DNA from: Takakia lepidozioides
Taxonomy: Eukaryota; Plantae; Bryophyta
NCBI GenBank assembly: GCA_030704615.1
Contig: CM060733.1
Location: 28,086,001-28,150,000, forward strand
Direction of reading: 5' to 3'
DNA: 64,000 nt
A program made the position numbers and the translations under genes. Below are positions 13,321 to 23,305 of this stretch, in pieces (within the stretch, counting starts at the first letter, position 1; every line of letters begins with the position of its first letter). Under the pieces are notes generated by a model, which was not told the origin of the DNA, ran no database searches, and saw only the letters and a list, made by a program, of their open reading frames with translations.

Positions 13321-14375
13321 ACATTGAAAACTCCCTCTTTTCGTCTTCTGTTTCATGTTTTGTGTTGGCCTATTCTGAATTCATGTGTTGGCCTGTTCTC
13401 AGTTTTGTGTTGGCCCGCTCTCGATTCATGTGGCCTGTTCTAGATTCAATTCGTTTGGATCCTGCTTCATTCTATGCTACACTGCACTGTCTTCAGTGCT
13501 TCAGTCCGTGCTTCGGTGCACATTAGGTTTTTGTTTCATTGTTTGCTTCGTTGTTTGCTTCAATCCCGTTTCATTCTCTGTCAATTCATTTCACTCCTGC
13601 TCCATTTTGTGCTTCAGTACATTCCCGCGTCATTGCTTCACTATTGTTTTTCAATTCACCGATGGTTTGTAGGGTGGTTTTGTGTGCAATTGGGTTTGTG
13701 TGTGCTTGTTCTGGTCGATTAGGGTAATGGTTTAGGGTGGCGGGAGATTACCGTGGTGGTTGTATTGCTTGTTTTGTTCATTGTGGTGGTTTTTTTAGGA
13801 CAGTGGTTTCGAAAATGCCTGGATGTTTATTTCTCAACCGTTTTCTTGATCCCCAAATCCAGCGTTAGTTTGTTCTTGTCAATCAATAGTTGATGCATTT
13901 CTTCCGATTCAAATTCGATTCTGAATGGAAATTTTCATTTCTTATCCAATTTTGTCGAATTCGGCAATTCTGAAAAAACCACGATAGCCTAGTGTACTTG
14001 TATTCTACAGTAGACATAGGCTAACAGTAGGCTTCGTGCAGGCCAGAGTAGACTATTCGTAGACCCATGTCATGCACATGAGGAACCACAAACTGGAACT
14101 CCATTGCCCAGTGGAGGTTCGCGTGAATTCTGTATGGGGAAGCTGAATGGCATTTTTTCAAAGTAAAGACGAAATCGGATAATTCCGGGAAAATTGAAAA
14201 TCAGTTTGAGACGACGTGGGAACGAGTGATGGAATCATATGTGTAACATTGTAAGTGTGACACATACTTTCCAACGAGACTGGGATACGATAATTGGGAA
14301 CCTCCGCTACCCAGTGGAGGTTCGATATTTCTTTGGGTCAACCAGTTACACACTTTGATTAGTTTTTATGTCAGA

Positions 14376-15154
14376 ATGATAAAGAGGAACGAGGTTGGGG
14401 AACCGGTGTCTGACGATGAGTACAAGACCGCCAGATTAAATTGGAGCAAGAGACGGTGTTCGGTAGATGTGATGGAAGCGGACCATCCAGATCAAAAACA
14501 TGGTGTTTCGGAACCAGATGAAAAATCCAGTTGGGGGTCTACCGAGCCGAACAAAGTGTCTGTCAATGACGAAAATGTGATTGTAGAATCCCCGCGGAAC
14601 GCATCCGAATCTCCGAACAATACACCTGAAGACATCTGTAAGGATTCCCTGGAGGAAATAAGAGAAAGCGTTCATGTAAACAATGATGTCAACGGATCTC
14701 CTGCCTACTCCCAAGATTATCCGAAATACATCCCTTTAGACTATTCCCCGGACACATTGGCGGCGATACGAGTAACCGTTTTTGGATATCCAGCATCTCC
14801 GGGTTACTCGCCAGCATCTTCTGAATCCACAACAGGATCTGAAGGATATTACCCTCCAAACTTCCTCCTGGACACTGCAACGAGGGGGGAGTCCTGGAAC
14901 TACTGGACGTCTCCGGATCTCTAGGATACTCCCCTGCGTCTCCTGATAGTATCACCGGATCCCCAAAATATACACCTCCAGACTATTCACCTGATACACT
15001 CAGAGAGATAAGAAGGAGTATTCTGTGGGTATACAATCTAGAATTGTCTGAATATAGTGCGAGAAGTTCCTTAGTATATTTTGGACGAATTAGGTTCGAA
15101 GATTTCTATTGTAGATTTGTCATGTTTCAGGATGATGTACTCAATGGCTCCTGA
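14376..15154 (+). pseudogene. Cargo ORF with three ~40 aa Y-S-P-rich repeats (Pol II CTD-heptad-like), one frameshift
   Basis: SPAYSQDYPKYIPLDYSPDTL; SPGYSPASSESTTGS; after a frameshift at about 14885-14920, GYSPASPDSITGSPKYTPPDYSPDTLREIRR. Confidence 0.6.
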
Positions 15155-15326
15155 GCCTCATTTTCATTAAAGTTTTTTTCTACAACATTTGTAAAATATG
15201 GAGGATTTCCCATTTGATTTAGAAAGCCTCGTACATACAAACCTCCACTGTCCAGTGGAGGTTCTCATTTCTGGAATGATGGATGCTAGTAAGAGAGATC
15301 CTGTTATTTGATTATCTAATGAATTT

Positions 15327-18300
15327 GTGTTTGGTTGTAACAGAAGACATCCTACACCACCAGATTGCGTCCCGGGATTGATTGGAGATATTTGTGGCGC
15401 ATTTGTATGCCGGAAGTCCTCACATTTCAAAACTGAGCATACTGCAATTTTTGAGCTTAACCCAGAGGTGACAGATTGGGGTATCGTGCCTGTCAGTACA
15501 CCTCCTGATCACAAACTGTCTTTTCATTACAGAAGTCTTGGAGTAATAACAGACTTAAAATACGCAGAAGCTCTCGATATAGAGCTTGAATCTGAAGAGG
15601 AAAACCCGATGTTGGTTTTGTTCCTGCAGGAGGATGCGAGAACCCCCAGGACGTTCGGTTTCAAAGTGGAGGTGGGTCGTCTGAACAAGTCGTTGATGAG
15701 TGAATGCGTTGCACTGGGTTTTAGATTTCCAGACGAGGGCTCAGTATTTACCAACGTAGGTTTGTCGAGGGCCTGGAGTATTTTTCTGGATCTTCTGCAC
15801 GCAATGGGGAATGACATTCGCAAGAAGCGAGCACTACAGGAAGCATCAAAGCAGAAGAAGGGAAAACGCAAATCGTTGACAGCCGGCAATGATGACAATG
15901 AGACCGGGACTTCCGCAGGTAAGAAGAAACAGAAGGAGGATCAGGATCCAGCATTGATGTCAGATAACAAGAGACCTAAAGCTGGGGAGATTTTTGACAA
16001 GGAAAAATGCGAGAAGATGGAGGAGAGGCTCACGAAGGAATACAATGATGTATTTCCATTCGGATTTGAGAGTACCTTCATTGTGAAGGTTTCCATGATG
16101 GAACTAGCTCCAAGGAGCATGGTTTACAGGCCGTTAAATATCAAGCATAAGGATGAAGTGAAAGCGCGACTCTTCCAACTTCATTTGTTCGACTCCAAAC
16201 ATCCGGTGTATCTTGCGCCAATCAACCCTTCCAATCCAGAGAAGATTGCTGCATCGCGACCGAAGCAATGGAAGGAGATGGACGTATCAAGGTTCTTCGT
16301 AATTGGTAGACAACACACCATCGTGGCAGCAAATGTAATGGACTTCATTTCCTCCCAGACCTCTCTTTTAACGAACCTCCACTGGGCAGTGGAGGTTGGT
16401 GTTGAACTACAAAATTGGATATGTCCCCACACTTTCAACTCTCTCATCCATTTTACATTAACTGTAGCAGGAACTTCTCGAGGATCTTGCCGACAGCAAA
16501 CTGAAGGAGTACTACCGTGAGTGGCCTGCGAAGATTGTATGGTCTATCGATGAACAAAAGCTCCTGAAGTTGTCAAAGCTCCTCAACGATTCCAATAAGG
16601 CGCAAAAGTTTGATACAACAATGCCGGAGAAAGTTGAGCATGCGCAAATGTTATTCAACCTGAGGGGGAAGCCAAAGAAATACAACGATCACACCACCAA
16701 GTCCGAGACGAAACAATGGAAGGTATGCATTTATGGAATCAAAATCTACTATTCACATTCATTTTATGCTAAAGAATACTTCTGTTGTCGGAGTGACAAC
16801 TAATTTATCCCTAGATGAATGTGCAGGAGTTCATGTTTGCCTGTCATTTGATACTTGAAATGGGTAGCATTAAGGAGGCAATGGTCCTGGTACTTTGCGA
16901 CGACGACGTTTGGGAAGATCTGGGAAGATGTTTTCAAAAACTGGGAGCAGGGAAAGCTACTCGACCCACTTGGGATACAGTACAAGGGTGAACAACAACA
17001 GCTCACGAAATCTGCTATCGCAAAGCTGCAAGGGTTGAACAGATGGCAGCTGATAAAAGTTGTGCAGAAAATCCTAGACCTGAAATTGACCATTCGAGAT
17101 TACAAAGGTCAAGACAAATCAATTCAAGGCATGAACAAGTACATAGACGACATGAAAATGCGCCGGTTTATTGTCGACGATGTGATGGAAGTGTTGGGGT
17201 GGCCTCATAGGAGCAAACAGTGCACGGAACCGTACACTAAGGACGAGTGGCGTGAAGTGAAGAGAAAGTACCACTTCAATAAGGCAGAGTTCTCAACATT
17301 TAAAGACAAACAAGGGACGGATTACATCCAAAGCAAGATCAAGATGAACATGGAGACAAAACCACTCACGGCCGCTTTTGTTAAGTACGTCTCCTCCATC
17401 AAGAAAGCTTATGAGGATAGAGAGGATGCCATGGGGATTATTTCAGCGAGTTTCAAGACTCATTACGCTATCAAGGGTGGAGAAACATAAATTCGCCGAT
17501 GCCAAGTCCCGTCTGCAACTCGCACCGAAGAAACGGTTTGACAACATAGCGATGGTGTTCGTCAATACAGTTTCTGAAGACGACTCTATCGTATTTGAGT
17601 CCAAGGATTATGTGAACATACTGAAGGCCTTTGTGGCTCAGAAAATGAACACGAGTGCTTTTGTTTTCTTCTCGACGCAACCGTCCTCGGCCAATCTGGT
17701 CTCCTACATCCAAAATGGTCCCGGAAGAACATCATATCTTGTCCGTCAGGGATTTTATGTTCCGGGAGAGTATGAAAATATTTACAAAAACAGCACGAAG
17801 ACTTTCTCTCGGACTGTACTGTGCCTGGACTATGTTTTTCCAGCGACACCTGAGGAGATGCAGAATCCGGACGAGCACATCTCCATCGTACTCTTAATCG
17901 AGCCAATACAGCCGATTCTGGAAGGGCCTTCTGAGAAGCCATGAGCTTTTGAAGAAGAGTGCATGACTTACAATCATGAGCTACGAGCTGACACATACGA
18001 CTATTTGGCCTCCCTGTTTTGTCGAGACGGGATGTCCGCTGTCAACATCTTCGGAGGTGTGATGTTGACGTACGCCCTTCATGTAAGTGTAAAACCTTTT
18101 TGCATTTTATATACGAATTTTACATTTTTGATCCAACACGTCCTCTGTTTTACTGACTGGGTTTATCTGCAGGCAAGAAACATTCGAGTGCTTGACATCA
18201 ACCACTCAACCAAAAAAAAATTTGCAAAGGAAAAGTTGAAGCGAATTTTAAGAAGCTTCAAATTGAGAATGACAATGTTGTTGAAGAGGTTGACGGCGGA

Positions 18301-18480
18301 GACGATGATGAGGATGAGGAGGAGGAAGATGAAGACTTGGAAGAAGGAGGCGGACATTCCGAACACGGAGAGGAGGACGAGGGCATCGATGGTAACGGGG
18401 ACAACGAGGGCCACGATGGTGACAATGCTGACCGTTGGGAGGCTGGACACCTAGATATGATTCAGGACTTCAGAACTTAG
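15327..18480 (+). pseudogene. Spliced cargo gene: basic NLS-like stretch, ParB/Sulfiredoxin-like domain, helical region, degenerate N4C/N6A DNA methyltransferase-like domain, acidic tail
   Basis: VYRPLN..V..; FFVIGRQHTIVAA (compare GGQHT/DGxHR); WPAKIVW..LSKLLN after intron 16335-16470. Further GT-AG introns at 16723-16827 and 18083-18171. ELRADTYDYLASLFCRDGMSAVNIFGG..ARNIRVLDI resembles beta-class MTase motifs X-I-II. D/E run at 18280-18430. Several frameshifts. Confidence 0.6.
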
Positions 18481-18699
18481 TCATAGTTTGGTATTGAGAA
18501 CATCACCCAAGACGTTGTGGTGTGGTCCACAAGGTCGTGCTTCTGGATGGGGATTCGTCGAGTTCAAGCGAGAGAACTAAGAGTAATCCTGCTTCACCAT
18601 CAAGGGGTGCGGAGGCGAGCTCAATCGAGGTGGGCGGCAATATTGTTGGGAGTGCAGAAGACCGGTTCAAACTTGTAGAAGGGGACGAGCCGGCGCCAA

Positions 18700-18895
18700 T
18701 GTCCCCGTCTCCCGCCAAAGAGAGGGTAGAGAGAGCGAGAACAAAGAGCCCGTGTCCCACAAAAGACAACGGACACAGAGGAAGGACTAAGAGCCCGTCC
18801 CCCGCAAAAATGGACAGTGGTGACAGAGGCGGGACTAAAAGCCCGTCTCCCAAAAAAAACAGTGGAGGCAGAGGCCGAACTCAGAGCCCAACTCA
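18700..18895 (+). repeat. Coding tandem repeat (~45 bp x4) encoding RGRTKSPSP-like units
   Basis: RARTKSPCP, RGRTKSPSP, RGGTKSPSP and RGRTQSPTH in ORF 18522..18944. Confidence 0.8.
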
Positions 18896-19439
18896 CTCTC
18901 AAAGTGTCTCCCAGCATGTCAATTTAGATGTAGGTAACAAATGACACCTGGAGATTTATGGTGTCTTTAAGCAATATAAAGGGGACAAATTGTGTGTATT
19001 GCATCTGGTTGTGTTCTGGTTGTGATTTGCCAATACCTGATCTGTATCTTGATATTCCCACCTTCTTGAACTTTACATGTGACTGATGGTAAGAAATCTT
19101 GTATAGATCCATGAACGGAAATTGGAGGAAATCGCACAAACCCGGACAGAATCCATCGCGACTCAAACAGTGAGGAGGCAGGTGGACTTAACAATAAGGG
19201 CCGGCTCAACTGATCCGGTCATACAAACAACCTCCACTACCCAGTCGACGTTGTGAGATGGAGGAGATGTGTCGGAGATGGTCGTTGCTCACCGCGAAGG
19301 AAAAGAGAGCGAGCAGCAACACCAGCAAATTCGAAATCCCTCCCCGAAACGGGTATACACCTCATAACCATCTTAGCTATGTTCTTCTTTTTCCTTCTTC
19401 TAGTTTTCAAAATAAATTAATTGTTCTGTTATTCCACAG

Positions 19440-20173
19440 GATGATATGATTCACCCTCCAATCGACTATCACAAATCTGTGAACCCACAAGATTGGTATC
19501 ACCTCTCTGAGGGACCGAAAGGATGTCGACCAGGATACTACGTCCTGGTTCTTGATGTTATCTTGGTGAGGTTTACCTCCGAGATGGCCCGAGATCCCCT
19601 CCCGCAACCCATCCTTGTGTGTGCGCTGGAAAATTCAAGCTTGCAGTCCAAAATGGGTTGGACGACTTCTTGAAATGGGTCCTTAAGCATTTTAAGGTCT
19701 ACTTTTGGAACACTGGACCGTTAGAAAATGTCCTGGATATAGGGCTGGCTTTGTTTGGAAGAAGGTTTTACAAGGCCAGGGAATTCAGCAATGAGAATTG
19801 CGTGAAGCATAGACAGACGTTCAGTGCCGAATGGCCCAAATATCCGAAAGCGCCAATATATCTTAAACGTCTCTACGACCTTTTCACTGTAGACGACCCT
19901 GTAGCGTACAAATCAAACACACTTCTTATCGACACTGTAGAAAATATGTATAATTCGTACTTGAACCCAAAGTCAATCGGTATCTTCCTTCCAAAATATA
20001 AAGCGCTCGTCGACCCATACAAGGACAGGTTTCTTCTGGATGAACTCAAACCGCACCTGGAAGAGTTGCGGTTATCCGGAAAAGACGCTGATATATTCAA
20101 CGTGGAAAAACCCATAGGATGTCCACTGTATAATGACCCAAAGGTCAAATGCCTCTTGCTATGGGATTTGTAG
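19440..20173 (+). pseudogene. FCP1/NIF-type HAD phosphatase-like domain, copy 1 (frameshift at about 19625)
   Basis: YVLVLDVILV; GLDDFLKWVLKHFKVYFWNTG; IYLKRL; SNTLLIDT..YLNP. Preceded by a splice acceptor at about 19439. Confidence 0.72.
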
Positions 20174-20349
20174 TGGCAGGTTTATCTTAGAAAACAAAAA
20201 TTTCATGACGCTTCCTTGGAACAGATTGAAATGTAGATGGCTGCTCTTGATTTTCCTGAACCTCGACTGTCCAGTGGACGTCTCCAAATGTCAACCTGTC
20301 CTTGGTTTATCTTGATTACTACCTGAGTGGATGTATGAATTTCTCACAG

Positions 20350-21080
20350 ATTACGCACCAGTTTGTCCAGTTGGGAAATGATTGCACTTGATAATATTTG
20401 ACCTGAACGGAGTTTTGTGCAAAGTCTTGAAGCACCATAAGAGCTACAGTGTCCCCCGAATGTCCGAGACAGACTATAGGATACCAGCTCTTGTTGGATT
20501 TCGACTTGTCTATAGGCGGGAAAAATATCGTGAGATGTGGACAGAGTTGAACAAACATTTCCGTCTAGGTATATGGAGCTGCATGATGTACAAGAACTTG
20601 CAGCCTATCCTGGACTTTATGCTTCGGGGTCTTTCTCAGCCGGAATTTGTTATTTCTCAAGAAGATTGTATCTCTTGCCCTACTTCTGTCCACCCTCAAT
20701 TTATATCAAGATACGACCCGCCGAGTCTGTTCTTGAAGCCATAGATGACGGTCTGGCAAAGATTTGGTGGTCAGTATAATAGGAGTAACACTCTACTCAT
20801 TGACGATTCTGCTATTAAGTGTGTGTTGAACCCGCCTAAATCCTGTCTGATTCTAAAATCGTTTGAATCCGTTGAGACGGACTCTTGCTATCTCCAAAAG
20901 GTTCTTCAGAAATATTTGCTTGAAATGAAGAAATCTCGCACCGTTTCCAGTTATCTTAGGGAAAAGAGGATAGGACTCAAGCCTTGTCAGAATGTTTCCA
21001 CCGATCCCAAGTTTAAGCCTCTCCTGGATTATGTTGATGATTCTAATTACGGGAATCTCCAATATGATGCTTCAAAATAA
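20350..21080 (+). pseudogene. FCP1/NIF-type HAD phosphatase-like domain, copy 2 (one in-frame TAG at 20742)
   Basis: LIIFDLNGVLC; VYRR; HFRLGIWSC; SQEDC; LFLKP; YNRSNTLLIDDSAIKCVLNPPKSCL. ORFs 20382..20744 and 20745..21080 are contiguous in the same frame. Confidence 0.85.
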
Positions 21081-22682
21081 AGATTTTATTGATCAACCAC
21101 GTCTGTGATTCAATGTTTATTTTTGATTGGTTTTTTTAAAGGTTGTATTGTTTTTCTATAAAAAGTTGTGTACTGTGATTTCCTTTTCAATCTGAATTGA
21201 CATGGAATTGTTTGCTATTTCCTAGTCTCATTCATGCGTTTCTCCACCCTATACCATCCCGATCCTCTGAGATACATGCCTTCTCCGAAACTCGTCTCGG
21301 GGGCTTCTTCCGATAACCTCCCGTTTCTGTACATTGACCTTATAAGTTCGTTTCTGCAGGTTCATGGCGATGCTGCTGATGCCAACTTCTTATCGAGATC
21401 TCCATTGGAATCCTCCATATCAGAAATTCGTCCACAGAGGGACAACAATTACACTACTGTTGAGATTTCTGTCATCGACAGTGAAGCATCATCCAGGGAC
21501 TTGGCTTCCCTTCAATTGCACGACCCACTTCTTCAGTCCATTCCTGAAAAAGATGTTCTGTCGCATGATCGTTTAGGATTGAATGTCGAAGATGGAAGCC
21601 AACTTGACAAATGTGTAGGGGATTTCGTGGACCTCACTCCACAATCCTCACCCTCCATGTTAAGTGTCAAGGGTCAGAAATCTACCTCGAGAATGTCATC
21701 CGATGAGGAAACGGCTGAGGCTGCGGCTCCGCAACACACTGTTGCCTCTCTTCCCTCCTTCTCTCCCCAACATGAAGGTTGGACAGCCCAAATCAGAAGG
21801 AGTCAGGTAAATTACTTATATCTGAATTCTAACTCGTCCTTTTGTTTTCCTTAGTACTGGGTATGATGTTCTTGTTTTACTCCAGGCCAGAAAATCTGCG
21901 AATTGTGACCTTCCTGTCAAACGACGTCTTCATTCGAAATCTGTTCCGAGGTAATCCCTTCATTACGTGTGAATTCCATTCAGGATGTGGAGTGCTCAAG
22001 GGACAATTTCCATTCCGTTCCCCTTCTCCGCAACCCTTTCGACGAGGACAAGGACGAGACTTCAATTGCAACTTCTTGGCTTCCCGACCCTGCAGTATTG
22101 GCGCAATAATCTGCATCGAGGAAGCGAAATAGGGCCCCCAAACCATTTCCATCTCTTCTACAAATCAGTTCCACCAGAGAAAAGTCCTTCGTCAGAGACA
22201 AAACAAACTCAAGGAAGAAGAGGAATACCTCGGATATACCGGGGTATCGTCAAAACACGTCCGTTCGAATGTCAAGCTCGCCAGCGAGACTTTCCAATAA
22301 GGCGACATCGGTATTATTCGATGTCATTTCTCCACTTTCTTCTCTTTTCTGTTCGTTTGGTTATGCACTAATTGCCTCCATCTTTTCTCAACAGGCGGGT
22401 ATGCAACACGATACCTTCATCAATTTCCCTCCGTACAAGGTACTTTCCTGAACCTCCACTTGGTAGTCGACGTTCCTCTTCTTAGCAATATTAACCCTCA
22501 TCTTCAAACATTCCAAGCCCACAACATTGTGCAGTATTTTGCCATTTTCTACACAATCGTGTTGATCTTCCAAACACTCAATCATTCTGGGTCGTGTATA
22601 TTTTTTATGGTAGAAACACTAATGTCAGTGTGTGATTAACCTGCTCAGGATAACTTTGTCTCTCATCCTTTACATACAACAG

Positions 22683-22895
22683 CGGGGAAGAGGAAACATA
22701 TGTTGTTAATTTTGAGTGTCAACGGACTCCTCTGCTACCGGCCACCCCCAACCGGCGGTGAACTGTTTAAGGAGAAATTTCGTTTCAGGAATGTAACACT
22801 TCAAGTTCCTGACAGACCGTTTGTGGTGCCTTGGCTTGGAGTCTTGGAGTTTCTGGACCTTGCATTGAAGCATTTTCACGTGGCCATTTGATCTC
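22683..22895 (+). pseudogene. FCP1/NIF-type HAD phosphatase-like domain, copy 3 (3'-truncated)
   Basis: LLILSVNGLLC..GVLEFLDLALKHFHVAI*S aligns with the N-terminal halves of copies 1 and 2. Confidence 0.72.
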
Positions 22896-23275
22896 AAATA
22901 AAATATGAATGTTTCATATCATCAATCAGATCCCGATAGACTCGTTTTTTCCATGTTGTCATGTTCATCACATGCCATCATTGTTTAATATTTGGTTCTG
23001 CCATTATTCCATATTTGTTTGTGTATGTCATTTTGGATATCGGAGCTCTCATCATTGTTTGATTCATTGCATCCCCCCATTCCTTTTAATGAATGTCAAC
23101 TTGGCAGATTCATCTAAGACGACAATACATACTTGTATTTTTGCGTAGAATGTGTGGAGGATTACATAATTTGTTGTTATATAGTGCACAAATAGTCAAA
23201 TAATTATAGATATATCTCTTTATTTCTATTATAGATTATAATTATTCATATATCTTGTATTATTTCTGGACCAAA

Positions 23276-23305
23276 CAAAAGTCTAGAATTAGTTAAAATA
23301 TAGTT
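23276..23305 (-). repeat. Right TIR
   Basis: CAAAAGTCTAGAATTAGTTAAAATATAGTT, the inverted partner of 8939-8968. Confidence 0.92.

Larger units (their letters stand above)
9165..22474. repeat. Dispersed 24 bp palindrome family AAC(C/G)TC(C/G)ACT-N4-AGT(G/C)GA(G/C)GTT
   Basis: Copies start at 9582, 11004, 11271, 14097 (1 bp deletion), 14299, 15240, 16374, 19229, 20259 and 22451. Degenerate or half copies at 9165 and about 11396. Confidence 0.93.
8939..23305. mobile_element. 14.4 kb cargo-carrying TIR DNA transposon (Sola-like/DUF7869-type transposase suspected)
   Basis: 30 bp TIRs (27/30 identical). TGTA duplicated at 8935-8938 and 23306-23309. Excision restores GAG TTG TAT CAT CCA in the family B integrase. 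Confidence 0.92.

Noticed and set aside
11740-13730. Many 60-110 aa ORFs in the middle of the TIR element
   Set aside because: They overlap on both strands and are GA- or T-biased; better explained as promoter, UTR and intron sequence.
9582-22474. Palindromic 24-mers as a CRISPR array
   Set aside because: Spacing is irregular (0.1-2.9 kb), there are no cas genes, and the context is eukaryotic and intron-containing.
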